From: Daphnia carinata
Lineage: Eukaryota
Assembly: GCF_022539665.2 (NCBI RefSeq)
Contig: NC_081332.1
Coordinates: 806,001 to 870,000 of the forward strand
Reading direction: 5' to 3'
DNA length: 64,000 nt
Positions 37,444 to 50,400 of the stretch are shown in pieces (position 1 is the first letter of the stretch; every line of letters starts with the position of its first letter). Made by a program: the position numbers and the translations under genes. The notes below the pieces were generated by a model. The model had not been told where the DNA came from. It saw only the letters and a program-made list of their open reading frames with translations, and did not search any database.

Positions 37444-40400
37444 TCAAAGTCCAAAGAAGCCCAATTTACCCTTCGGTTTACTCTCTTCGTGATCACCGGA
37501 GACTGGCTCGTATTGCGTAGGTGGCGGTATATTGTATTCTTGACCATAATTTGACGCGGCAGCCGGATAAGATGAGCTATTTGTTGATTGGGATGTTGGC
37601 TGTCGATTGTCCCTTGCACGTGTGCTATGTACCGGTTGCGACGTACCATTGGCCAACATCTGCTGTATATCATCTAATGTCTCTAGACGTGTCATGTAGC
37701 CAGGTGCCTGTTCCTCCATAACACGACTCCTCATCAAACTCAGGTAATCGGATGGGCTGACTACGTTCGAACGTAAAGCTGTGGATTCAAGTGACTTGAC
37801 GTTCTTAGCCACCTGTTCGAGCAGAGTCAAGACTTTGACTCTAGCTATTTGCAACTCATCCGAGCACACGTCCAGCATTTTTTCAGCGTCCATCTTGCCT
37901 TCGTAATTCGATTGGTATTGGGCTTTCATGTCCAACAAAGTCGTTGTTACCTTCTCTGGAACCATGCGATATTCCATATCTTGCACACTATGGTCATATG
38001 GCGGACATCGACAGGCGGCAATTTCACAACGCCTTTTTGTTTGGTGGAGTGAACTCGTTTTTTTAACTAGCTTTTCGCAGGTGTCGTTGCATCTTTGACA
38101 GTTATAAGCTAAGTATCCCTTGGGACAGCTGAACTTCCTACGGCGCATTACTGTCTGTTCAAAGGTGAAATTCTTGGTGGCTTCCATATTATAGCCACAC
38201 GTTTTCATTTTCCGCTGGAAAATTTCTATGTTTTCGATTTTGATTAGACACACTTCCATTTCTTCTTCAATGTCTTTCAGCGATTGTTCCAGTTGGTGTC
38301 TGCTGTGAATGACTTCCCTAGTGGACGTGAGATTCCTACCGTTCATTCCCTCCAACATATCAAAAAATTTCTTAAAATTGTCGTGACCCATGTCCCAGAA
38401 CAACTGGTCGAAACTGAATTCGTCATCTCCCTGTTTCACATTGGAACAATAGAGAACGGAACTATTGAATTTGCTGTAGGCGATGCCGTCCGATGTCGCA
38501 GGGAAATTGGCAGAAAGACAAGCACCGACGACGGGAGGATCAGCATTATCAGCAAATGTCACCAACAAGCGAAGGTTCGACTTCATGTCTTTTCCAAAGA
38601 TAGAAAGAACCGAGTCGATGATGTAGCGCTGAGTGGCCGTCAATCGACTGTCACCCGAGGCGGCGACAAAACAGGCGGCGTGAATTTCACCGATTGGAAT
38701 TTCTTGTTGAGTCAGAAAGCTGTGGATGGCGGCCGTGATTTCCTTGTCCCGTGCTACTCCTCTTGTGTCTCCATATCCGGGCGTGTCGATGATGGTAATG
38801 GAATATGGAACGGCCATTCCTTCCTGGTGGTGAATTGTGTAGGCCGTCACCGAACTGGTCTGACTGTGCGCCTGATTCCGTGACTCGGATTCGTCTTCGC
38901 GGACGCATTTGAAACGGAACGGATCGTTCCACTGGACACCGAGGATGTAGTTGACCATGCCGTTGATCAGAGTGCTCTTTCCGGATCCAGTGGCGCCCAT
39001 CAAAATGATGATTTTATGATTCTTCGGATTAGGCAACCGAATAGGGTCGCCGGTCCGGCAAATGTCGAACCAATTGACTTTGTCGCTGTTGGATTTTTCC
39101 GTCGCATTTAGTAAGTATACGTTCGGCGATCCCTTTTTGATTAATGTGCTGTACGATCTGCGCTCGTCAGCGTAAATTTCAGCGATTCTTCGATTTTCGT
39201 GAGGCTCTGCATTTCGGTGAGTCGTATAATTTTGACCTGCGCCACAATAGAATTTCTTCACCTCATCGACCCTGTCAGGCACTTGAACTCTCCTTGAATC
39301 ATTGACTGTCATGTTAAGTTCTTTTCTTCTACCGTAGTTAAAATTTTTCTGATGTGGAGCAGCAGCGAATGTTGATGAATTTGTACCGTTCAAGTTAATC
39401 CGCTGAACGTCCGGCGCAGATCTTAGCTTATCCATTGAAACTTTTCGTGGTGGTTGGTAAGAATAGTCTACAGTCGCTATGGCTCCATCGTCCAACGTCG
39501 AAGGGTCAAGTACTATGTGGTGGCTAGAGCTAGGGCTATGTTCAGAAACCAATCTGGCCTCATCTGAGAATTTGCGTAAAGCAGCATAAACGGATTCATA
39601 TCGCTCTTTCTCACAAGAGAAAATCGTCAAAACAGGCAGTATAGCATTCGAAGCTTGTCGACCCGATGCTTTCTCTAAATCATTTAATATAGAGTCTTGT
39701 TTGCCCTCAACTTTTAAGATGAACAGTTTGGCCATGTTGTTTTTCTTTTTCATCATTCGAGCTTCGATTTCTGCAGAGTACAATAGTTCAAAATCGGTGC
39801 CACTCAAAAGCCTGCCAATTTGTTGAACCTCCTTCTGCAGATAGGCAAACCATTCGATTATTTTATTCAGGCAATTTGAAATCAATAGCATCCTGCTCAA
39901 AGCTTCTTCGGGTAGACATGTTTCACAATTCTTATATTCTTCTTCTACCATCTTCCAAAAATGGGTCATCAGATCTTGGAAATAGCAAACATGCTTTTCG
40001 AGTAGCGGGAAACGTTTAAGCGAAGGATCATTAGAAACGTCACAAATGTACTTTAACATCCATTTCTTAGTGACCTGATGCCGTTCTTTTTCGAAAGCGA
40101 CCTTAGCTTTCCTCTCTGACAACAGTCGAGCTTCGATTCTGATGGCCGGTATGTTTCGAAGACGGAATTCAATGGGTTTCCATTTCTGCTGATTCTCCTC
40201 GGTATCAGGCTTTAGCAAGTCTTGCAGGTAGCGATTCAAGAAGTTAAATGAGCCCTCGTACTTTTTACCAGGTTCTAGGCTACTCAGAACTGTAATAGAG
40301 ACTTTCTCTAATTCGGGTGGCAATTCTGCGCTTGGCGCTTCCATAATTTGCTCGTCAAAGTACGTTCTGGCCGCCAAGTATATACTGACTTCGGCCGCCT

Positions 40401-40953
40401 CTTTCGTTTCTTGCTTCAAATGCAAAGCTCTGTGCATAGAGCAAATCACCTCCGCACCGTACACGACCTTGTCAATTACATGCGATGCGCCCACCTCACC
40501 ACTTCTTAGCTGATAGTCGCTGATTTTGGATCGTAGAAAAGTTAAATCCAGGGTTTCCGTTCGTCGTACTAGTCGAAACAATAGAGTGACTTGGGCTTGT
40601 TCTTCATCGCCATCCATCGAGTTTGTATTAAGGTAATCGGCGAACCAAAGTTGTTGATTGGACGCAGACCCTTGGTTGATATTCTGAAGCAAGTGGGAGT
40701 TGATACCCAGCAAATGACTTTTAAAGTTTTCAGGTTGCTGATAGAAAAACTCGAACGTCGGGTTTTCCTCAGTTTTCGAAATCCATTTGTGTTCGTTCGG
40801 CACATCAACTGCAAAACAAAATGGCAATAAACCACATTACTGTAATGTTTAAAGTTTGCGATTACCTGGTATAATGCCGTCGGTAAAGTGGTTGTAGAGA
40901 TCTCCAACCCTCCCATTACGACCCAGAGCTGATATTCGAATAGGGTCAGCCAT
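37444..40953 (-). CDS. Cluster gene A (~1150 aa): diverged stonustoxin-like MACPF-type N-terminal module + septin/AIG1-like GTPase + Cys-rich/coiled-coil tail; no FN3
   Basis: Exon 1 40953-40866 (MADPIRISALGRNGRVGDLYNHFTDGIIP), 57-nt phase-1 intron, exon 2 40808-37444. Motifs GASHVIDKVVYGAEVIC, G1 GATGSGKS, HSQT, G3 DTPG, LLVTFAD, KFNSS, NCQRCNDTC. Confidence 0.88.
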
Positions 40954-41938
40954 TGGTGAAAACAGACTGAGACGTGACAATAGTTAAAGAGGGATTGTAA
41001 TAAATGTTCTATTAACTGCTTACCTGTTAGTTTTCCGAACAGGTTTTGGATTTGTTCCACAGGCAAAGAAAAATCTTCCAACAGTTGAATTTTCTTAATA
41101 TGCAAGGCAGCACCGAATCTGTGTAGAACGCAATTGAGTCAACAGGGAAATGGTTTGCAAAGAATCGAGACAGCCACTACAGTGCCGGCCCATTTATAGA
41201 ACCGCCTAGCTATCGAACTGATTTTTCTTTGCTATGTGTCAGCGCCGCCATTGGCTGTATTTTGAACTAAATCCATGTTTCTTGGTGGGAACGACCGAGT
41301 TACTTACTTTAAAACGTACAAACACATGTTACTCGAATTGGTTTTAGCAATTTTAGACAATAGTACAAATTGGTTTAGTGAACCTACGTAAAATAATTGC
41401 CGTCCAAACGAAATCAGACGGGAAATAATAGAACAAAATGAGTCATTGTGCTACTTTTCTCTTGTAGAACTCTCTTGTTGTTAAAAAAACTGCAGGAATT
41501 GTTAAGATATTAAAGTCTAATATGATAACCCCCGCTTTTCTGGGTAGTTGCATAGAGATCAGCATTATCCCTGTGCTATGCGCTTTTACATTATCATACA
41601 GTTAAAATTTGAGTGCTGAATGAATTGATGATAGATGGCTCTCAGATCGGCTGCTCGGTTATAGAACCATTCAGTTATAGAACCGCGCACAGGCCGGTTC
41701 TATACAGCTACACCGCAGTGAGCTCATTGGGGTGTAGTTTTTCCCCTGTCATTCCCAGCTGACGTTATCAGGTCAAGTGTTTTGTTTAATTCGGTTCCAA
41801 AGGAATAGTTGGTGCCACTTGATTGTATCACTTTGATTTTCTCCACCTAATAACAGCCTGTTCGATTTTGTTATAGGTTGCCGGACCAGCTGTGAACGAA
41901 CGTAAGTGAATCAATAAACTTTAAACAAATCTTTTAGA
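40954..41938. promoter_or_regulatory. Shared divergent promoter/5' UTR region of cluster genes A and B, with repeated TATAGAACC motif
   Basis: TATAGAACC at 41195, 41660 and 41676, inverted at 41696. Small UTR exon candidates (e.g. 41877-41901 flanked by AG and GTAAGT). Confidence 0.45.
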
Positions 41939-44900
41939 ATGCCTACATATCTGGACGGGATCGAAATACTGGCATTAGGCCGCCAGTTCAACATAGGAAC
42001 ACTTTACAATTATGTCGATGATAGCATCATACCTAGTAAGAATGGAATTCATAACGTCTGAAAAATGTTAATGTTCATATGTGTTGGATATGTTCAGGTC
42101 CTCAATTATGGTGTAAACATGATGTGTCCAATTCAGCCGTTGAGGAACCAAAAAAAAATGCTGAAGTTTTTTTAAAGACGATTGTGCAAACCGATGAGGA
42201 AGGCGAGAATCCTGATGAAGGAGAAGACCAAATACCCTTCCTGTCCAATATAGGAATGGACGATCACACGGCCATGAGTTTAATGGCCGGGCTGTTGGGT
42301 CCACCTCTAAAAGGAGCTTGGCAATATGCGGCTGATTGGGTCGAATCGACGAACGAATCATTTAGTCAAGGAGCTCATGTGGCAGTCCATTGCTGCCGTT
42401 CCGAAAAAAACATCTCTATCGATCCTGAGAGTCAATTGGACATTGTCTGCCTGCCAAAAAAGCTAATGGAAACTCCGGCAACTCATGTCGTCATTGGAAT
42501 CACGTACGGCCTAGAGGCCTTTTGCATCTTCTCGAAGGACAATCAAGCCAACACTTACGCACGTATCTTTAAAGAACGGCTAGTGAACGAAGACGAAAAT
42601 TTGGAACACGATCAGGACGAAGAAGGTGACGAAGAGGATGGTGGACATTGCTCTATCCCAAAAGATTTGCAATGCACTCTCTACAGCGATTTAGTGGATT
42701 TTAAAGGTAGTAAAAGTTGGACACTGAAGCCTGTCGCAGAGCAGTACGAAGCCTGCCGGAAGATACTGGAACATGGAACTCAAAAGACCATCCCGATGAA
42801 GGTATGGTTGTATCCACTCAACAAGCTGATGGCTGCCAAGGAACTAGTTGCTCAAATGCCCCAAAATATTAAAGATGTCTCGCGTGAACTGCTATTTCGT
42901 TTCCAAGTCATATTGAGCCATTTGCATGGAATCTGTTTCGAGGCTCAACTGTTGGCTAAAGAATTGGATGGGCTAGAAAGTCAGCAATCCATTCCATCGA
43001 CAGCCAACGAAAGAATCAAGCACTTTAAAGATTTGGTCATGCAATTTTTGCCAACTTTCATCAAACCACTGACATTGTGGACTGTAAAAATTCGTCAGGG
43101 AGAGGTTGGAGAAAAGAAAATAGCCGAAATCATCAATGCGGTAGAGACACAGTCGCCATTCGTTGCTAATAAGGTGAAACACTGGATCAATCTACAGAGG
43201 CAGGAATTGAAAACTCTAAAGAGTCTGGATAAATTGCCTGGTGTGCTTGTAGTATCAAGCAAGGAACGCCTCCAAAACGAAATCAAAAATGGAGGCAATG
43301 GATCGTATGCTGTTGTTCTTCATCTGCCCAGTCCCAGAGAAGAATTAAACTCTTTAGTTAATGAGATACGTCGTTATATCGACGACTTTAACGGAGCTGC
43401 ATCATCTGGCTTGATGAACTTGTCAACGAAAAATAGCGATCAAACAACAAAGTCAACGTCCTCCGTATACCGTCAAATTTACGCGTCAGGCCAAGAATTT
43501 TCCAATTGGATTAAGAATCACAATTCGGATACCAAGAACGTCCGCTACATCATCTTTTACGACGAATGCACAGGACAAACCTCGCCCTTCACAAGACTAT
43601 ATCAGTGGGGTAAGGCAGAGGCTCTTTATACAATCCCAAAGGCTCCTGGGCAAGTGACGGTCACAAAGAATCATCGTGGTGTGATTGGATTGAGTTGGAC
43701 GACTAATGATACGACCGGATTGCGCCATTTTCTGGTTCAATATCGCACAGTGGATGGACAAGAAGATCATTGGCCTTCCGATTGTAAGTCTTCGAACAAT
43801 CGAATCGAAATAGATTCCCTTCAATCAGGTGAGACTTACCTGTTCAGAGTGGCAGTGGACACACTCGGAGGGCGGAGCCCGTTCAGCCCTGTCAGCTGCG
43901 AAGTAACAATAGACCCAGTTTGTCCGCCGCCAACTCAATTGCAAGTTCACGAAGTGACCGATACGAGTATATCTATTTCGTGGAGCCATCAACCTTACTT
44001 GAAAACCGGAGCTGAAGAGGAACTGAGGATTACCTCGTTCACTATTGAATGCCAGATGGGTGAGAGCCATGACGAATCGACGTTCATCCAACGATCTACG
44101 GTGAAGAAGAGCATCGTACTAGAACCGCTTGATCCAGGTGTGACTTACCGCATCAAAGTCAAGGTTGAGTGCAAAAATGCTAGTGGCTCTACTTTCTACA
44201 GCCCGGCGTTAAAGATTTTGCCAATTTGTACATTGCAAGAGGCAGAGCGAACAGCGATCATCGTCCGCCGTACTAGTAAGAAATGTTCGGCTGGCCCTGG
44301 AATTGACGTTTACCAATTGCCGTTGAAAAAACGTCACAATGACAAAATTCAGGGAGTCGGTCATTACGTTTTTGGTGAACCGAGTTGTCTGGCATTGGCA
44401 GGTAAACATAGAAAAAGAACCATCTTGGTCCTTGGTGCCACCGGTGCAGGTAAAAGCACGCTCATCAACGCCATGGCGAACTACGTACTGGGAGTCCAAT
44501 GGGAAGATGATTTCCGCTTCAAGTTGATCAACGAACCAGCCGACAAATCGCAGGTGCATAGTCAGACGGCCTCAGTGACCACCTATGATTTTTACGAGAT
44601 GATAGGCTCTCGTTTGGGTTACTCGTTGACCATCGTCGATACTCCGGGATTCGGAGATACGCGCGGACTTGAAAAAGACAAGAAAATTATGCAGCAATTG
44701 AAAGATTATTTCCAAAGTCGTCACGGGATTCAGCAATTAGAGGCCGTTTGTTTTGTTATCCAATCTTCACTCGCCAGACTGACGCCTACCCAGCAATACA
44801 TCTTTGACCAGATTTTATCCATCTTCGGTGAAAACGTAAAAAATAGCATCCGCATCATGGTGACATTTGCTGATAATGCTTTGCCGCCCGTCCTCGACGC

Positions 44901-45828
44901 TATCAAGGGTGCCGGTATTCCCTCACCCACCGACCCAACTACCGGACGGCCACTTCATCATAAATTTAACAACTCCATTTTCTTTGAGTCTAAGAAAAAC
45001 AATCGTGAAGAAAATGAATTCAACCGGAATTATTTCGAGATGGCCGTTAGAGGTTTTGACAAATTCTTTGACGATTTGAGGAACATGGATGCGATATCGT
45101 TGACGCTAACCCGCGAAGTGCTCGAAGAACGAAAGCGCCTAGAAGCTCTTTTCGAAGGCCTTCAACTTCGTACTCAAATCAAATTGGCAAAAATCGACGA
45201 GTTCGAGCAAATCAAGAAAGTGCTGACAGAGAATCGGCAACAAATGGACATAAACAAGAATTTTGAATTCGAAGTCGAGTTCCTCGTCCCCAAAACGACG
45301 GACATTAGCGGGACGGGCCAGTTTACGACCAACTGTCAAAAATGTCAAGCAACGTGTCATTTTCCTTGCTCGAAAGCCAGTGACAGCGATAAACATCGTT
45401 GTTCCGTCATGGACTCAAATGGATTCTGCATAATCTGCAAGTGCCCGTGGAATGTTCATTTCAATCAAAAGTACAGGCACGAAATGGTGAAGGAGAAAGT
45501 GCAGCGTTCATCGGATGCCATCCGGAAGCAATATCAAGGGGCCCGGACGGCAGCGCTGACTAATCAACAACTCTTTGCCCAACTTCAAGCAGAGATTGAC
45601 CAAAATGAAAAGCTGCTGATTGGATTAGTGCGTGAAACCTCTCCTCGCATACAGAGATTGAACGAGATCGCTCTGAAGCCTCATCCGCTCTCCACATCGG
45701 CTTATATTGACCTGATGATTGAAACCGAGAAACGAGAGCATCGCGATGGATACCAGCAGAGGATCACGACGTTGCAAAGACTTCGCCAAGTAGACGAGAT
45801 GATGACCAAACAGGTAAACGACCATTAA
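41939..45828 (+). CDS. Cluster gene B (~1275 aa): stonustoxin/verrucotoxin-like MACPF-type module + 2 FN3 + septin/AIG1-like GTPase + Cys-rich/coiled-coil tail
   Basis: Exon 1 41939-42035 (MPTYLDGIEILALGRQFNIGTLYNYVDDSIIP), 62-nt phase-1 intron, exon 2 42098-45828. Motifs SLMAGLL..KGAWQY, ATHVVIGITYG, IPMKVWLYPL, IRQG..QSPF..W; two FN3 repeats (PKAPGQ…, CPPPTQL…); G1 GATGAGKS at 44434, DTPG, VTFAD, KFNNS; NCQKCQATCHFPC. Confidence 0.92.
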
Positions 45829-46149
45829 AATCCTAAAACTCAGCCTTCGACATCGCAGTCCATGCAAAATGACCGTCGGGCCTTTCTTGCGTTTCTTCAA
45901 AAGTTTTAGGCGTTAATAATATGACTAAAAGTTACGAAGAACCAGTACGATGCTATCTGATTTTGGTACTGTCTGATTCAATGCTTGTTTAAGTTCAACA
46001 CTAAAAAAATGATTTTTCATTTCCCAAATACATAACCTTGTACGTTTCACTTCCCTCTTCCAATGATATCGAGCTCTCCTTGTTGTATTGTTTATTCAAA
46101 TTTATGCCAGGTTTGGTTATCAACGACGTTCGCAATCCTTTCATTGTCC

Positions 46150-46640
46150 CTTATTTTTACATGTCATTTGACCACCAGTGGCTAGAAGCGAACGATTGAG
46201 AATACATCCTGCTCCAATAAATAATGCCATATATAGAAATCTACGCAATATTTTCACACGTACACATCAGCGAAAAAAGTCTGTGAATCATTGGGTTGCC
46301 TGATTCGCAAGCCCATTTCCAAGTTCTCTCCAGCAGTTCTCTTTCACCATCTTAAGAAGCGCGCTGGAGATGTCACCTTCGACTACCGGCTTCATACCAC
46401 TAACCTATCACGGATGAAAAACCATAATTTTAACTTATGTTCACGGTTTCCCTTCACAGCTAATTTGACTGACCGGGTATCCGGATGCAAGCATAGCAGC
46501 CAGAACGGCGTGTGAATAAGATTCCAGCATCTCTTCTGATGTACAGTCATGTCGATAAATTATGTAGATAGTTTTACTGACAGAATCAGGAATCAATGCA
46601 TAATTTCGGTCAGAATAAACAGCTAACTGATTCTCCAAAG
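46150..46640 (-). pseudogene. Possible C-terminal remnant of a RUS1-family (RUSF1/C16orf58-like) gene
   Basis: YSDRNYALIPDSVSKTIYIIYRHDCTSEEMLESYSHAVLAAML, then exon-like pieces …ANQATQ*FTDFFADV and CILNRSLLATGG. Resemblance is by eye only; in-frame stop; no N-terminal part seen. Confidence 0.3.
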
Positions 46641-47460
46641 TAAGGATACCCAAAAAAAAAAATTCCTACAAAATTACGTTAACGGATGTCGCATTGCCTT
46701 CTCCTTTTAGGTCACCAAATTTAAATACCTCTGTCATAATAAAACCTTTTCCAAAATCTGATGAATTCGACCACCTGCCTGTGGCGCTTTGGTTCCTCTC
46801 TGTAACAAGCAGGTGAAAATTTCGTTTGAGAATTGCTTATATTTATTAGTATAATTATTATTTCTTTATATCATATCAGCTAGCTTAGCTTCCAAGCCTG
46901 GCTGCGTGAGCGCCATCTAGCGTAGCAAACGGAGAGCACACAGAGAAAGCCAATAGGTGGCTGAATTAGTGTACCAGTTTTTTTTTGCCATTTCCCTCTC
47001 GAAAACAGTTCGTCTGCTATCGTAGGCCATCTGGACCAATGGCAGAGCCAAAACGTCACGTGGAGACTGCGTGACACTTCGTTTCTCGGAAGCACCAATT
47101 TCGCACTGATCCTGGTCGAAAATCCCTCCCAAAACATCTCCTAATAAGGTAGGGATAAGGCCTTACGCCAGAACTAACGTTCTTGCTTCAGGATAAATTT
47201 CATCTACTGTTCATAGATATCACAAATAATTGCAAAATAATCGCGATTAAAATTTATAAAATTTTAAAATTTCAATCGCCGAATTCGATTATTTGAAAAT
47301 GATTTGATCGCCTATTAAAATTGTAATCGAAATGGCAATGACGGCAGATGTGGAAAGAACGCAGTTGAAGCCAATACGTTGACAGATACAAACCACTCCT
47401 TCAAACGACCTTTGAAAACAGTTAATTCACTAATATCCCAATACCATTACACAGAGAAAG

Positions 47461-50400
47461 ATGGCGAGCAAGAAAGCGTTCGAGCTTCAGGTCACTAAGA
47501 TGGTCGTAATGGGAGGCCATTACGAAGTAGGAGACTTTTACGACTACCGAAACGACTGCGTGATAACAGGTATTGTGCTAAATTCATTTCGATTGTTACT
47601 TTCCGGAAAGCTTTAAGAATTGAATGATCCGCAAAATAGGAAGGAAATGCTGGGATTCGGATGCAATTGCGGAAGCTACGTCTAGCGATAATCGATTTAC
47701 TTTGAAATTAAAAAGCCCTGGATCCGGCTCTACTAGCAACAAGTGGAAAAACATGGGACTTGAAGAGCATTCACAGGCCAGCATCATGGCCGGTCTGGTT
47801 GAAAATCAACGTGGTGCTACAAAGTACTTGATTGATCAAGATGGTTTTTCAGAAGCTAGTCAAGTCTTAATATGCCGAGCCAAGTCAGGGAAAGTGCAGC
47901 TGGACTATGAATCTCTTATCAGCCAAGACGTTCTGTATCTACAGGATTTCGGACAAGATAAAAATAGGAAAATTAATCCAACCCACATTGTGGTGGGCGT
48001 CACTTACGGAGCTGAAGTCTATTGCGTCCTAACATTGGAGTCGGAGGAAAACGCTCGGAAAGATACGGAAGAGTATCTATCCAAAATAGCAAGTAAAATG
48101 GAGGAGGCGTTGGACGACCATTTCAATCTCAGCGACTTTAAGGACCAGTTTGATAAGAAAGATAAGACTCAGTTGGCTCGTGTAAAATGTCGTCTGTATG
48201 CCGATCTGCCAACTTCTGCTTTCCGCGAATGCGGCGTCTTTGAAGCTTACAAACAATGCTACGAGCTCATCCAGCAACTGCAGAATAGGGACGTCAGAAA
48301 CAGCGAATCGATTCCGATCGCCATCTTTCTTTACCCTCTTAAAACTATCATGGGAAAAGTCGATGGTAAACCCTTCGAATATCACGACGTCGATCCAAAA
48401 CTAGTGGCACGTTGCGGCCTGATTTGGATTGAACTGGACCGAATCTGCGCAAAATCAGCTGCTATTCGCGTTTTGAACAAAAGAGCCGATAAATCTTCAT
48501 TGCTTCAATTCGAAGAGGCGGTAGCTCAATACAAAGATGTCGTGCAAAAGTCTTTGAAACACGGCATCAAGACAGCGCGAGAAACTGGTCAGCAAAACGA
48601 AATTGAAAGGATCATCAACATTGCTGAAAACCACTCGATTTTCAGTCCACGTCGTTTGGAAGAATGGCTCGAATACCAGCAAGCCGAACACGAGATGTAC
48701 GACAAGATCAGCAATATGACCAACATCGTTTGTGTGTCAAGCAACAAACTGGAAATGGAACTGAAAAATTTGATTGACACTAACTATGCGCTGGTACTCA
48801 GCGTTCCATTATTGAACAAGCGGATGAACAGTACACTAGCGGCCATGAAGAACTACGTCGATTCTGAATTTGAGCCCATAAAAGATTCAAATGCCGACGC
48901 AGACTGCGAGGGCAGTGTAGGCAACAACATCCAACGGAAGCAGAAGCACGTATTCGCCAAAGTATGCGAGTTTACCGAACACGTCGAAAAGAATAAACAC
49001 CTAGGGAACACAGTGGAATTTTTTATCGTATTCGGTCAATCAGCCGTAGAATTCCGCTGTCGTTATTCCGTCTACGAAAAGGAACGTTTACTTAGTGGCA
49101 ATTTGAACCAGTTGCCCGGCCCTCCTACTGGCCTGCAGATTCACGTCCCGAAAAGCCGTAATGTCAGGAAAACAAGTGATACGTACCCCATCGATCTTGA
49201 GTGGGTCTATGAAGACCTTGGTTTTCCCTGTTACTTCTTGGTACAATATCGGATGGTTTGGAACAAGGATGAAGATTGGACGCAACGGAGGACGGCCAAA
49301 CCCGGTGAAACCCAGCTGGCAATCGCCTACAAAATTGGATCGGCGATGGAGATCCGCGTGGCGGCTGACACTTGCATCGGTCGAAGTGAATTCAGTCAAG
49401 TAGTCGACACAATAACCATACGGGAACTTCATGAAGACGAAGAGGCGACACCTGAAAACGGACGTTTGCATTCGGAAGCAGATATTAACGCCAGCTCCAA
49501 CGATGATGCGGAGATGTATCGCGTCAGGAAGGCTGAATCTGCAACATTTCAATTAACGAATCAACAGCCAATAGAAAATCAAAATACTGAAGCTATTTTA
49601 CAGTCTACGTCGCGGGAAGGTCGGGAGGCGCTTGACTCTACGAGCATGACAAAGAATAAAGAAACTTTGCGACGTATGGATCACGATAGTAACGAAAAAG
49701 ATCTGAAAAAAGAAGATGGAGACGACGGCGGGAAATCACAAGAGGAAGACAAAACATGTAAGAAGGCGATCGAATACGTCACTGAGATGGTGGTGCTGGA
49801 AGGCGGATTTCAAGTAGGCGACTTGTACGACTATCGCAGCGATCGCATTTTGACAGGTAAGAGCCCTTAATTGTGTAAATTACGATTGACGAGCTGCATT
49901 TTCTATCAATTAAAATCCATTGAAAACAGATGGTCGGAAGTATGTGGAGTCAAGCAAAATAGGATCGGCTGTTGAGGTGGAATACAGTCTGGAATTCGCA
50001 TGCTGCGAATCGAGTTCCATGAGCGATAAAATGGGAAATATGGGCCTTAATGAGCACTTCCAGGCCAGCTTCATGGGCGGCCTCATAGAAAAGTCTCGCG
50101 GTGGCAGTAAATACCTGAATAACTGCTGCCCTTCATCACAAGCAGCGCAAGTCCTGATTTGCCGTGCCAAATCAAAAGGGGTGAGAATGGATTTGCATAA
50201 TCTTGCGATTCTAGACGTTGAGCATCTCTATGAAATCGGGACAAAAAAAAACCCGTCGAAATCCAACTCAAATCCAACACATATTGTGGTAGGCGTCACT
50301 TACGGGGCCGAAGCCTATTGCGTCCTTATGCGCGATCTTGAAGACGCCGAGACAGACGACGATTCTCGTGAAGAGGCTGAACAGTGCTTGTCCAAAATCG

